From an uncultured Gammaproteobacteria bacterium (GTDB lineage Bacteria > Patescibacteriota > Microgenomatia > JALYQM01): a stretch of 64,000 nucleotides of DNA. Both the position numbers and the translations under genes were made by a program. How positions within the stretch are numbered: position 1 is the first letter of the stretch; each line of letters begins with the position of its first letter. Under the pieces are notes generated by a model. That model worked only from the letters and a program-made list of their open reading frames with translations. It did no database searches and was not told the DNA's origin. The stretch spans positions 268,456 to 332,455 of the forward strand of contig CAYOFQ010000001.1 in the NCBI GenBank assembly GCA_964403585.1, written 5' to 3'. Positions 1 through 10,507 of this stretch are shown in pieces.

Positions 1-753
1 CTGCAGCCGAACGCGGCTCACCTCGGGAGATATTGAACGTTTGGTACATCGCCGAAGGAGACTCAATACATTTAACAAAACCGGCCGCAACATCATCTAC
101 ATAGGTAAAATCGAGCGTCTCTCCTCGGACAACCCATGCAGACTTTCCATTAAGTGCCGCATCCATCAGCAATTGAGTAACTCGGTTAGCTGCATCAGCA
201 TATCCGTATACCGATGTCGGCCTAACAATAACCCATTCTTTTTTACTTAATTTAACGAAATATTCTCCGGCTGCTTTACAAGCACCATAAGAGTTAATCG
301 GGTTAAGAATGACGTCTTCAGTTTGTGGCGTCTGGGTAAAATGACCATAAGCCATACTGGAAGATGTATAAATTATTCTTCTGGCGGAAGGACAGTTTTC
401 AAAAGCTTCAAAAACCCGGAGTGTGCCGTCCATATTATGGGCGGTCATGGACTTCTCGTAATGAGGTAGGGGGCGTGCCATCGGCAACCCGGCCAAATGC
501 ACAACTATTTCGGGTCGGAACTTATCAAAGGCTTCCTGTAATGCCCGAGCATCCTGGATATTTTCATCAACAATCAGATCGGGAGTATGTGTGTACAGTA
601 ACTTGCGATGAGCAAGGGCTGTCTGGTAGTAATGCGGTTTGTCAATAAAATTAAGGTGAGCATCATAAACGCACACCTTATGTCCTTTCACCAGCAGGTC
701 TTCAACTAATTTGCTACCAATAAGTCCGGCGCCGCCGGTAACAAGTATTTTCA
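1..753 (-). CDS. NAD-dependent epimerase/dehydratase (extended SDR; dTDP-glucose 4,6-dehydratase / UDP-hexose 4-epimerase-like). The 3' end runs off the window.
   Basis: Minus-strand translation from ATG (complement of 751-753) gives MKILVTGGAGLIGSKLVEDLL..., with the Rossmann GxxGxxG motif and a YGACKAAGE catalytic YxxxK. The ORF has no stop inside the window, which is why it is absent from the ORF track. The plus-strand ORFs at 41-250 and 364-648 are antisense to it. Confidence 0.8.
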
Positions 754-876
754 TAAGATAGAAGGTATCAGGCTAAGTACGAAAATGCAAGGATCTAAAT
801 AACAAAAATAAGTTCATGCATTTACAATTCCAAATAGAGCTAATACAATAATTAGGATTTTGAAAGGCAAATAACT

Positions 877-1578
877 ATGGACAACAGCCACATGAAGTTC
901 GTTGAGGAACGAGAAAAAAATCCGCTTGTTCCGGGACATTATTATCTCTTTAATTGGATTAAACCGTTTATAAAGTCCAAGTCAAAAATTCTGGATATTG
1001 GCTGTTGGAGCGGCGCCCTGGAGATACTATTTGAAAAAGAAGATTGCCATGTAACCGGTATTGACCTCGAGCCTGAACCAATTGAATATGCCCGGAAAAG
1101 ATTCCCCAATTTTCGCTTTGAACAGGCATCTATCATTCAAAAACTCCCGTTCGAAGAAAAAGAATTCGATATTGCTCTCTATTTCATGGTTATCGAACAT
1201 ATCCCCAAAGGTACAGAGTTGACTTCATTAATTAACATCAACCGTGTTTTAAAACCGGGCGGCCAATTGTTTTTCAACACTATGCATCACAACTTGGTTT
1301 CAAACCTCATTGATCCGGCCTACTTCACGGGGCACCGCCATTACAGTCAACCGCATTTGGAATTACTACTGAAAGAAGCAGGATTTGAAATAAAAGAGGT
1401 CAAATATAATGCTGGATATGGTACAACCCTCTATATCGTAATTTTATATTTCTTTAAGCATGTCCTCCGCCGTCCCGAACCACGTAATAAGTTTTTAGAC
1501 AAGCTGATGGAAATGGACTACCGCGACAAAGGATTTGTTGAAATAGATATTCGTGCAGAAAAGATCAAAGATTTATGA
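877..1578 (+). CDS. class I SAM-dependent methyltransferase
   Basis: Motif I ILDIGCWSGALE and post-I acidic residue (GIDLE). Motif LKPGGQLFF. A 4-bp ATGA overlap with the next gene suggests an operon. Confidence 0.75.
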   Translation: MDNSHMKFVEEREKNPLVPGHYYLFNWIKPFIKSKSKILDIGCWSGALEILFEKEDCHVTGIDLEPEPIEYARKRFPNFRFEQASIIQKLPFEEKEFDIALYFMVIEHIPKGTELTSLININRVLKPGGQLFFNTMHHNLVSNLIDPAYFTGHRHYSQPHLELLLKEAGFEIKEVKYNAGYGTTLYIVILYFFKHVLRRPEPRNKFLDKLMEMDYRDKGFVEIDIRAEKIKDL

Positions 1579-2624
1579 GCGCAAAAGTGTCAATTCTGAT
1601 CGTAAACTGGAACGGCAAACACCATCTCGAAAAGTGTCTTCCAAGTTTAATGCAGATTGACTACACCAACGCTGAAATTATTCTGGTGGACAATGGTTCA
1701 ACAGACGGATCGCTGGAATATATCAGTCAAAATTTTCCTTCGGTAAAAATTATCAAAGAAGAAACCAATACCGGATTCGTGGGCGGAAATAATGACGGCA
1801 TTAACTATGCCACCGGAGACTATGTGCTTTTCCTGAATAACGATACCCGCGTCGAGCCGGATTTCTTAAGCAAACTGGTTCGGGCTCTTGATGAAGATCA
1901 ATTAATCGCCGGAGTCCAATCAAAAGTTGTCTCAATCGATGATCCGAACAGATATGACTCGGTTGGAGCGTTTCTTACCAATACAGGATTTTTATATCAT
2001 TATGGATACTTACAGCGGGTCAACCCCAAGTTTGAGCAAAGGATAAAATTATATACCGCCAAAGGCGCCTGCATGCTTTTCCGGAAATCCATTATCAATG
2101 AAGTCGGTCTATTTGACCCGGACTTTTTTGCCTATTTTGAAGAAACAGACTTCTGTCACCGCGTATTATTAAAAGGATTCCGAATTGAATATATTCCTGA
2201 ATCTGTCATTCATCATAAAATCGGCGGCACTTCCAATGCGATGAACAACGCATTTATTCAATTTCACTCGTTCAAAAACAGAATCAATTCGCACCTTAAG
2301 AATTTAGGCACAATTGAAATGGTAAAAATTCTTCCGCTGCATCTGATTTTGTGTGAAATGGCTGCCATCGTGTTTTTATTCAGGGGTAGGGCAGATCTTT
2401 TTAAAGCTCTCAATAAATCTATCTATTGGAATATTCAGAATTTTTCCCAAACAATGGCAAAACGAAAAAAGGTGCAGGCAATGCGAAAAATTTCCGATCG
2501 CGAATTGTTAAAAGATTTGAAAATATGGCCGGGGATATGCTACTTCTTTTATCTATTTGCCAAAGACATCGCCGATTATGAAGATACAATTAACATCGGA
2601 GAACAACAGCGGATTAGGGTATGA
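1575..2624 (+). CDS. family 2 glycosyltransferase (GT-A fold)
   Basis: N-terminal VSILIVNWNGKHHLEKCLPSLMQIDYTNAEIILVDNGSTDGS is the classic GT2 signature. A DxD-like FLNNDT follows. Translationally coupled on both sides. Confidence 0.85.
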   Translation: MSAKVSILIVNWNGKHHLEKCLPSLMQIDYTNAEIILVDNGSTDGSLEYISQNFPSVKIIKEETNTGFVGGNNDGINYATGDYVLFLNNDTRVEPDFLSKLVRALDEDQLIAGVQSKVVSIDDPNRYDSVGAFLTNTGFLYHYGYLQRVNPKFEQRIKLYTAKGACMLFRKSIINEVGLFDPDFFAYFEETDFCHRVLLKGFRIEYIPESVIHHKIGGTSNAMNNAFIQFHSFKNRINSHLKNLGTIEMVKILPLHLILCEMAAIVFLFRGRADLFKALNKSIYWNIQNFSQTMAKRKKVQAMRKISDRELLKDLKIWPGICYFFYLFAKDIADYEDTINIGEQQRIRV

Positions 2625-4849
2625 ACACATTTAAACTCACCAATAAATTTGTAATTATTTTTTACGCAGTTTTAGTTTCACTTTTTTATTACCAAAGCTT
2701 TTTTACGTATTTTCAGGGAGATGAATGGTACTACTTTATCCAATTCCTTCCGTACACGCATTCCTGGACCGGCATCTTCCATGCTCTGTACAAAAGTATC
2801 GCTGACACCGGGGTGGTTTCGGGAGGCGGGCATGTCACACCGATCTACAATGGGGTGTGGTTTCTCTACAATCAGCTTTTTGGACTGAATTATTTGCCAT
2901 ATATAATCTCAGCGATAGCTCTACATATTGTTAATGTCATACTGCTGTTTTTTACTGCCGAGAACCTTACCCAGAATAGACGCCTCGCCTTCCTTGCCGG
3001 ACTATTTTATGGCATTTCGGCAGCACATTTTCAGGCAATCACCTGGGTTATGGCGTTTATTCCTACCGAATTAGCCGTAACGTTTCTGTTGCTCAGTCTT
3101 TACACCCTAACTCGGCCAACCGAACCCGGCAAGATAAGTGCAAGGAACAGCACCTATAAATGGATTTTCCTATTCGCCCTGATGGCACTATTGACCAAAG
3201 AGACGATTGTCATTTTATTTGCACTCATTCCACTCGTGCTCTTTCTCACACAGAGAAAAAGCCTAACTAAAATCTTCTATCGCTATTATTTCGGGTTATT
3301 ACTTTTTTATGGCGCATTCCGTTTTGGAGTCCCCGTACTTTTCGAAAAGTTTTCTCATCAGGTTGTTCCGGCTGCGCCTCAGGCAGTTGAGCTTTCATTA
3401 TATGTTTACCGCGCTTTTACCTATCCATTAAAAACACTTGTACTAAGTTTTATCCCGTGGCGATGGATTCTTAATGCTGCTGAGTTTATTACACCCTTGG
3501 CATATCCCACCTATGGTGCCGAGAAAGAAGTACGTGGAATTAACTTCCTTACGTTTACCCAGGGTGCCGGAAGTGAACTATTCATCTATCCGCTTTCACT
3601 GCTCCTGATTTTCGCTGCCGTGTACGGATTAAAAAAAACATATCTACAAAAAGATCGCAACCCTGCTTTTAATGTCATTGTTTTTGGGGCGGCAATTATC
3701 GTATTAAGCACTTTCCCGTTACTCCTTATTTCAACGTATGCTCCGTGGTGGGGATTTGTAACGTTTATTGATTCACGGCACTTATATGTTCCTTCGATTG
3801 GTGCTGCGTTGTTATTTGCATATTTCTCTGACTATCTCGCTGATAAGTTAAACGGCATATTTAAAAAATACGGACGTGGCGGTAATAAAGTCGCCATCCT
3901 ATTTTTCATCGTACTTATTTGGGGTGTTCTCCAGTTCAGCGCCTTGTATAAAGAAATGACTCTGTATACTGAAATGGGGACGCAAAGGAAAGCCTTATTA
4001 AAAACCTTAATTGGAGATATCCCTACGTTGCCGAAGAAATCCGCCATTCTTATCGTCAGCGATACCGGCTATTATGGATTCGGACCAATTCCGCCCTTCC
4101 AAACTAATTTTGGACAGGTGTTATCGGTCATATATTACGACCGCAATCAGCTCCCAAAAGAATTTATGCAAAGCGACTTCCTGAGTAAGAATAGTTTAAC
4201 CGGGGAAGGGTACAAGGAAATCGGTGAACGAGGATTCGGATATTTTATAACAGAAGAAACCGCACTACGAACAGCCATCGATACTAATTTGCCGGCTGAA
4301 AGTATCTTCGCCTTTACCTGGAATGGCAAAACCAACACGTTAACCAATATCTCCCCCGAGATACGGAGTAAATTGGATAAAACAAAAAGCGCTCTGGGGA
4401 AATATTCCGAGTGGCAAAAAGTAACCATGGAAGAAGTCAAACTCTCGGTACGGGCTCCTTCCGGTGCGATAATAACCAAAAGCCCTCCTGCAAGTCCCAA
4501 TGCGCTCGCTACTGTACGAATTGACCACGGACTTTCGCATTGGGAAGTAACAGCCTGGAAAAAAGTATTTAATATTGGAATTTATGAAGATATCTCCATG
4601 ATGAATAACTCTGATGGTATCGTAATTGACAAAGATTTTTATTATAGAAATATTAACCCGGTTATCGGGGCACCCATAACAGCAAAAGTCACCACAACAG
4701 GAAAATCAATGAAGTACTTTATTCCAACCCTGGTGCCGAATACAATAATCGAAGTAACTGCGGTAGGGGTTCCTTCAGAATTGAACAAGGAAGATAAAAA
4801 TACTGAAGAAATCATCTCTTTATTGAGATATCCGGATAGTAGTAATTAG
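2621..4849 (+). CDS. polytopic membrane protein, putative GT-C fold glycosyltransferase (PMT/ArnT-like) with a C-terminal extracytoplasmic domain
   Basis: About 12 hydrophobic segments in the first ~440 aa. An acidic DE-like motif follows TM1 (FQGDEWYYF). The soluble C-terminal ~300 aa are not hydrophobic. Sits inside the glycosylation operon. Confidence 0.5.
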   Translation: MNTFKLTNKFVIIFYAVLVSLFYYQSFFTYFQGDEWYYFIQFLPYTHSWTGIFHALYKSIADTGVVSGGGHVTPIYNGVWFLYNQLFGLNYLPYIISAIALHIVNVILLFFTAENLTQNRRLAFLAGLFYGISAAHFQAITWVMAFIPTELAVTFLLLSLYTLTRPTEPGKISARNSTYKWIFLFALMALLTKETIVILFALIPLVLFLTQRKSLTKIFYRYYFGLLLFYGAFRFGVPVLFEKFSHQVVPAAPQAVELSLYVYRAFTYPLKTLVLSFIPWRWILNAAEFITPLAYPTYGAEKEVRGINFLTFTQGAGSELFIYPLSLLLIFAAVYGLKKTYLQKDRNPAFNVIVFGAAIIVLSTFPLLLISTYAPWWGFVTFIDSRHLYVPSIGAALLFAYFSDYLADKLNGIFKKYGRGGNKVAILFFIVLIWGVLQFSALYKEMTLYTEMGTQRKALLKTLIGDIPTLPKKSAILIVSDTGYYGFGPIPPFQTNFGQVLSVIYYDRNQLPKEFMQSDFLSKNSLTGEGYKEIGERGFGYFITEETALRTAIDTNLPAESIFAFTWNGKTNTLTNISPEIRSKLDKTKSALGKYSEWQKVTMEEVKLSVRAPSGAIITKSPPASPNALATVRIDHGLSHWEVTAWKKVFNIGIYEDISMMNNSDGIVIDKDFYYRNINPVIGAPITAKVTTTGKSMKYFIPTLVPNTIIEVTAVGVPSELNKEDKNTEEIISLLRYPDSSN

Positions 4850-4868
4850 CGTTATAAAGGAAAAATAT

Positions 4869-5540
4869 ATGCCTGAAAAATTTGAAGAATCCTATTTCCA
4901 GGGATGGTATAAGAAAGCCGTCGGAAGCTTTACTAATGATGATTTGGAGCTATCCAAGCGCTGGTTTTATTCCTGGATTAAGAAATTAGATGAATATATC
5001 CCGATGAAGAACGGAAACGGGGTCAAGGTTTTGGAGATCGGGTGTTCAATCGGTGCCGTCTCAAATATCCTCACCGAGCGGGGGTTTGACGTCTGGGCAA
5101 CTGACGTTTCCGAATATGCAGTTGAAAATGCCAAAAAGTTGACTCCAAAGGCAAAATTTTCCGTTTTAGACATACAGGAAGGCATCAACTTATCCGAAAA
5201 ATTTGATATAATCATCGCTTTCGAAGTAGTCGAACATCTGGAGAATCCTGAAAAGGCTATAAAAAACATGTATAATGGGCTGCAAGAAGGGGGAAAGGTA
5301 GTAATTTCAACACCATATCCGCATAAATGGAACTTTAGAGATCCAACGCATATTAACGTAAAGTATCCACACGAATGGGTAAAAATAATGGAAGAAACCG
5401 GGTTCAAAAACGTGAAGTATCATGAATTTACCCTGTTACCGTTTTTCTATAAATTTAATAAGAATTTTCAATTAATTATTCCGTTTGCCATTCCGTTTCC
5501 TTACATCAATAATCCCATATATTTTATAGGTGAAAGATGA
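4869..5540 (+). CDS. class I SAM-dependent methyltransferase
   Basis: Motif I VLEIGCSIGAVS. Acidic residue in ATDVSE. LQEGGKVVIST motif. Confidence 0.75.
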   Translation: MPEKFEESYFQGWYKKAVGSFTNDDLELSKRWFYSWIKKLDEYIPMKNGNGVKVLEIGCSIGAVSNILTERGFDVWATDVSEYAVENAKKLTPKAKFSVLDIQEGINLSEKFDIIIAFEVVEHLENPEKAIKNMYNGLQEGGKVVISTPYPHKWNFRDPTHINVKYPHEWVKIMEETGFKNVKYHEFTLLPFFYKFNKNFQLIIPFAIPFPYINNPIYFIGER

Positions 5541-8500
5541 ACAACAGCAGTAATAAGAACCGCATACGAGATATCCTGATCCTTTGTTTAATAGGGTTGA
5601 TTCCGTTGTTATGGTTTAGAGGGAACGAAATTATCCTTGGTCACGACGCAGGATTAACGCTCTCTCCGCAGAGTCATTTTCAGGATCGGCTTCACTCATG
5701 GACCGAACGATTCGGCTTTGGTAGTGATCAGTCCTATGCGATTCCGGGATTTTTTATCCACGGACTTGAATCACTGGTGAGTACGATCGGATTTAACGTG
5801 CAATATAACCAGAAAATCACCTTTATTTTTTGGTTTTTATTGCCGGGTCTTACCATGTATTATTTTGCCTCAAGACTAGAGAAAAAATACAACCTTTCAC
5901 ACTATGCCTTGCCGGTTTCTGTGCTATACATGGTTAATCATTTTCTGTTGCAGGGATGGTTTGTCGCCGAGCGGACCAAATTCTCGCTGTACGCAGCTTT
6001 GCCGCTCGTATTGGCATTCTTATTTGAATGGCAGGAAAATAAGCAAGCATCAACGGTTAAAACTGCCCTGAAAATAGCAGTTACGTTCTTCTTCCTGAAT
6101 GGATTAGCCAGCATACCGTTATTCGGCGGCGTGATCGTCACCCTCATTGCATACAGTCTCTTCTATTTTTATGAATCTTTTTCTTGGACCAGTGGGAAAC
6201 GGTTTATTCAACTTGTGTTCACCACCGTAATCGCAAGTATCTTTCTCCAAGCTTACTGGTTGCTACCATATGTGGATTTCTTAAGCAGTTCCTACGGTGC
6301 TTCGGTCGATTTTTTCGGCGGTATGCAAGGAGTTTTAGGGTGGATTCAGTATATTAGCCAAAACAGTTCCTTCACCAATTTGTTCAGGCTCCAGGGAGTT
6401 CCCGAATGGTACCAAAACCCGTCACATCCGTATGCCGGAAATTTTTTAAATAATCCTGTGCTAATTACGGTAGGGTATCTGATCCCGATTATGGCGTTTC
6501 TTCCGCTCCTGCTTGCAAAAGACATCCGGGTCCGTAAAATGTTACTATTTTTCTCGGCGCTGGCACTATTCTCAATGATTTTTATCGCTGGTTCGCATCC
6601 TCCGTTTGGCTTAATTTATATCGCTTTAGCTAAATATGTACCGGGTTTTATCGCTTTTAGAACTCCGTTTTATAAATTTGCACCTGCACTCTGGATTTCG
6701 TATGCCATCCTCATGGGATATACGATTCAGTGGCTGTACCACTGGCTGAGAAACCGCCAATATCTGGCTGCCAATGTTTTTTATGCGGCAGTAATTGCCG
6801 GAGTGCTGCTCTACTCATATCCATTTCTCACCGGAAGCTTCTTTGACTATATTAAAGGCGAACGCTCAATGCGGGTTACCGTACCAGAGTATATTTATCA
6901 GTATGCCAACTGGAGTGATCAGAAGGACAACCAGGGAAGGCGCACACTTGTTTTGCCCGCACCAAGTCGAGATTCTAATGTTGAAGCCTATACTTGGGGA
7001 TACTGGAGTTTAGCCCCGTTAACAACACTGCTGACTAACTCTCAGGTTATTAACCTGAATTTCTACATGAGTAAAACCGAGAAAGAAATGGTGAGCCAAC
7101 TCTATAAAATGATCGAAACTAACGACCCTGCCTGGATTAACTTAGCTCAATTTCTGCGTATCGATACCTTCGTATTAAGACGCGACTTTGCGTGGGATCT
7201 AAAAGAGTCTCCAACTAAAAATCCCGAGAGCTACGCAAACTTTGTAGCACTACCGGAACTGCAGCTAGCTCAGAAATTCGACAAGTGGGAAGTATACGAA
7301 CTTAAAAAAAGTAATACTAAGCAGAATCGGTTGACTGTCGACGCGAATATTTCCTATTACAGTGGTGCTAATGTCTCGGCAGCTTCCTCTTTACCGGGCT
7401 TTACACCCTCACAACCGTTATATAAGGCCGGCGATACACCGGCGGCTGATGCTAAAATCCTTCAGTTGGCGTCAAATATCTATGTGCAGCCAAAATGCAT
7501 CATGTGCGACTTGCAGTGGAAATATATTGACGTAAATACCTATATGCCGTTATTAACCAGAGGGTCGATTTTTTACCCGTTAATTGCTGGGCGGGAACAA
7601 AAGGAAGAAGCGAACGCGCAATTCGATGTTAATTCCAAAATGCAATTCTACGCCAATCGTACACTGAAAAATTTCATGGCTTTTAAAAAAGCGTTCGATG
7701 AAAAAGAAAATGAAGTAACCAGAAAAGCGATTATCGATGAATATGTTAGCTCAATGGACAAGTTCAAGAAAACCATGGCGGAGTTCGAGGAAAAAGCCAT
7801 CCAGCAGAATGATTTGCTGTATGATATAAACGCTATTCTCCATGCTCACCGCCGGGAACTTATTAATCAGCTCGACTCCTATGTTAAAAAAAGCGAAAAT
7901 ATGCGGGCTAATAAGGAGTTTGAAACTCTAAGCAATGCGTTCACAATTTTAACTGCTATTCAATCGCGTTTGGACTCACAAATTTGGCAGACCGGGGATA
8001 GTATCCATAAAAAATTCAGCATGATAATCCCTCAGGCAGGCGACTACACTATGTATTACCGGTCCAATGAAAATGGAGCGATTTCCGAAGAGCTCAATTT
8101 CTCAATAAATGATCGGGAATATACGGTAACCCCAACTCAGAATACATCGAATTGGTATTCACTTGGTTCTGTAGCATTGAAAGACGGCCTTAACCAGATC
8201 AATTTAACACAAAATCAAACGAATAAATATGAGGGAACCGCATCTGCCGAGCTCGTATCTTCGTATTCCGGAGGATGCTTTAAATCAAATAAAATCTTTG
8301 GCGAGAAAAACGACATTTTTAGGATCATGTTTGACCAAACTCAAGTAGTGGGTACAAAGGATTTCTTTATCGGGTTTATAAGCGATCCGCAAGAGCTAAA
8401 CCCTTTTTATGCCAAAGATTATCTGAACGCACATCCGCAAATGACAAAATATTCAACAGATTTTCCGGTTGCCGATGACGATGGGTTTTATATGATTATT

Positions 8501-8935
8501 TGCGATCATCCCACAGCAGAACGGGCCCAGGCCGAATCCACATTGCGGATAGAAAATATCGAAATAATCAAACTTAATATTCCCGAAATTATTTTCCATA
8601 AAGCACAGCCATCTAAGCAGGATAAAGGATCAATTTCCTATACTACCAACAATACAACTGCATATCAGGCGGAACTCAAAAATAGTGGAACACCCACGTT
8701 TGTTACCTTGCACGAGTCCTTTACTCCCAATTGGCAAATTAAGGATGGCAGCGCAACTAAATTTATGGTTAATGGGTACGCCAATGGCTGGCTGTTTGAA
8801 TCTAAAAAAGAAGGTTTTATAACAATTGGCTATGCGATTGAAAATTTAGTTCGCAACGGTTTTATTGTTTCAGGATTAAGTTTTGGAGCCATTGCAATAT
8901 ACTTACTTGTCAAACGTAACAAATATGAAAAATAG
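5537..8935 (+). CDS. large (1132 aa) polytopic membrane protein, putative polysaccharide/teichoic-acid-type GT-C glycosyltransferase (YfhO/AftD-like architecture)
   Basis: N-terminal ~430 aa have many TM helices, then a long extracytoplasmic region, then a single C-terminal TM (LSFGAIAIYLLV). It has the same architecture as the 688-aa protein at 11239. ATGA overlap with the upstream methyltransferase. Confidence 0.45.
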   Translation: MNNSSNKNRIRDILILCLIGLIPLLWFRGNEIILGHDAGLTLSPQSHFQDRLHSWTERFGFGSDQSYAIPGFFIHGLESLVSTIGFNVQYNQKITFIFWFLLPGLTMYYFASRLEKKYNLSHYALPVSVLYMVNHFLLQGWFVAERTKFSLYAALPLVLAFLFEWQENKQASTVKTALKIAVTFFFLNGLASIPLFGGVIVTLIAYSLFYFYESFSWTSGKRFIQLVFTTVIASIFLQAYWLLPYVDFLSSSYGASVDFFGGMQGVLGWIQYISQNSSFTNLFRLQGVPEWYQNPSHPYAGNFLNNPVLITVGYLIPIMAFLPLLLAKDIRVRKMLLFFSALALFSMIFIAGSHPPFGLIYIALAKYVPGFIAFRTPFYKFAPALWISYAILMGYTIQWLYHWLRNRQYLAANVFYAAVIAGVLLYSYPFLTGSFFDYIKGERSMRVTVPEYIYQYANWSDQKDNQGRRTLVLPAPSRDSNVEAYTWGYWSLAPLTTLLTNSQVINLNFYMSKTEKEMVSQLYKMIETNDPAWINLAQFLRIDTFVLRRDFAWDLKESPTKNPESYANFVALPELQLAQKFDKWEVYELKKSNTKQNRLTVDANISYYSGANVSAASSLPGFTPSQPLYKAGDTPAADAKILQLASNIYVQPKCIMCDLQWKYIDVNTYMPLLTRGSIFYPLIAGREQKEEANAQFDVNSKMQFYANRTLKNFMAFKKAFDEKENEVTRKAIIDEYVSSMDKFKKTMAEFEEKAIQQNDLLYDINAILHAHRRELINQLDSYVKKSENMRANKEFETLSNAFTILTAIQSRLDSQIWQTGDSIHKKFSMIIPQAGDYTMYYRSNENGAISEELNFSINDREYTVTPTQNTSNWYSLGSVALKDGLNQINLTQNQTNKYEGTASAELVSSYSGGCFKSNKIFGEKNDIFRIMFDQTQVVGTKDFFIGFISDPQELNPFYAKDYLNAHPQMTKYSTDFPVADDDGFYMIICDHPTAERAQAESTLRIENIEIIKLNIPEIIFHKAQPSKQDKGSISYTTNNTTAYQAELKNSGTPTFVTLHESFTPNWQIKDGSATKFMVNGYANGWLFESKKEGFITIGYAIENLVRNGFIVSGLSFGAIAIYLLVKRNKYEK

Positions 8936-9290
8936 ATATACATCATTCATTATTCATTTACTGGGCTGGATACAAAAAAACAGCTTAAAAATAGTAGTTG
9001 CAATCGCTATCGAAGCCTTGGTCCTGGTATTTTTTAGTTTGCCGTACTTAAACATAATTGGAGTGTATCTTGCGTTCATACCATATCTTGTTATGCTGGC
9101 GCTAATTAGTAAACTTTTCCAACCCGGCAAAGAGTTTTTCCTGATTACGGCACTCGCTCTATTCGGAGTCTCGTTACTATTACAATTATCCTCGCTGACT
9201 TTTGCCAATGAGATTCTTGGAAATATTAGCTATTTTTTCATTTGGACGTACCTTATTCTGTCACTTAGTGAGCTGCGAAAGACAACCTAG
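8925..9290 (+). CDS. small hydrophobic membrane protein (about 120 aa), hypothetical
   Basis: The ORF has 3-4 predicted TM helices. The ATG at 8925 overlaps the stop of the upstream gene (atgaaaaatag). The track start at 8883 would overlap the previous CDS by 53 nt. Confidence 0.4.
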   Translation: MKNRYTSFIIHLLGWIQKNSLKIVVAIAIEALVLVFFSLPYLNIIGVYLAFIPYLVMLALISKLFQPGKEFFLITALALFGVSLLLQLSSLTFANEILGNISYFFIWTYLILSLSELRKTT

Positions 9291-9343
9291 CGACAGTATT
9301 CTTTATTTTTAATTATAACTATGATATCTACAAAGGAGACCCT

Positions 9344-10507
9344 ATGAATGACACAAGACCATTTATTCACTTCACCCAGCCATTATTTGGCGAAGAAGAG
9401 AAAGCCGAGGTCCTCAGTGCCCTGGATTCCGGTTGGGTCACTCTTGGTCCGCGCACCAAGCAGTTCGAAGAAGATTTTGCAGCCTATGTTGGATCTAAAT
9501 ATGCTGTTGCTGTTAGCTCAAACACGGCCGGACTCTATCTTTCATTACTCGTCGCAGGCATAAAACCGGGCGATGAAGTTATCACAACACCATTTACGTT
9601 CGTTGCGACGTTAAACACGATTGTCCAGGCTGGAGCCGTTCCTGTGCTGGTGGATATCGACGAGCAAACATTCAACATTGACCCGGCTAAAATTGAAGAG
9701 AAGATCACTGCTAAAACCAAAGCAATCATGCCGGTACACTACGCAGGTTTAGCTGTCGATATGGATAAAATCCTGGAAATCGCCAAAAAGCACAACTTAA
9801 AAGTAATCGAAGATGCTGCTCATGCCGCAGGCGCCAGCTATAAAGGGAAAAAAATCGGTACTCACGGAGACTTGGCTGTTTTCTCTTTTCATCCGGTCAA
9901 AAATATGTCCACAGGCGATGGTGGAATGATCACAACCAACAACGAAGAATACGCCACAAAACTGTCAATGCTGCGATTACACGGCATGAGTAAAGATGCC
10001 TGGAAGCGACATACCGCTACCGGTACTTGGAGATATGACGTCGAAGTTCCGGGATTTAAATTCAACATGACCGATATCTCTGCCGCCTTAGGTATTCATC
10101 AACTGAAAAAACTGGATGGCTTCATTGCCACCAGAAAAAAGTACGCTAAAATGTACGACCATGCCTTTGCCAATGTCAAGGAAATTACCGTCCCATATAT
10201 TCCCCCCAAGGAAGAACATATTTATAGCTTGTATACGATTAGAATCGACACTGCTAACCTGAAAATTTCCCGGGATGACTTTGTTGAAAAACTAAAGGAG
10301 GCCGGCATCGGCGTGAGCGTTTATTTTATTCCGGTCCATTATTTTACCTACTACAAAAACACGTTCGGGTATAAAGAAGGGGATTTTCCGGTGAGCGAAA
10401 AAGTATTTGAAGAAATAATGTCCCTTCCGCTATATCCGCGCATGAAAGAAGATGATGTAACCTATGTACAACAGACACTTCTTCGGCTTATAGAGGAGAA
10501 CAAATAA
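9344..10507 (+). CDS. DegT/DnrJ/EryC1/StrS-family PLP-dependent sugar aminotransferase (WecE/ArnB-like; 4-amino-4,6-dideoxyhexose forming)
   Basis: PVHYAGLAVDMDKILEIAKKHNLKVIEDAAHA and FSFHPVKNMSTGDGGMI (PLP lysine) closely match the family. An SD-like AAAGGAG lies 7 nt upstream. Confidence 0.9.
   Translation: MNDTRPFIHFTQPLFGEEEKAEVLSALDSGWVTLGPRTKQFEEDFAAYVGSKYAVAVSSNTAGLYLSLLVAGIKPGDEVITTPFTFVATLNTIVQAGAVPVLVDIDEQTFNIDPAKIEEKITAKTKAIMPVHYAGLAVDMDKILEIAKKHNLKVIEDAAHAAGASYKGKKIGTHGDLAVFSFHPVKNMSTGDGGMITTNNEEYATKLSMLRLHGMSKDAWKRHTATGTWRYDVEVPGFKFNMTDISAALGIHQLKKLDGFIATRKKYAKMYDHAFANVKEITVPYIPPKEEHIYSLYTIRIDTANLKISRDDFVEKLKEAGIGVSVYFIPVHYFTYYKNTFGYKEGDFPVSEKVFEEIMSLPLYPRMKEDDVTYVQQTLLRLIEENK

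Noticed and set aside
41-648. Plus-strand ORFs 41-250 and 364-648
   Set aside because: They are antisense to a clear SDR epimerase/dehydratase CDS on the minus strand (1-753). No motifs. Shadow ORFs.
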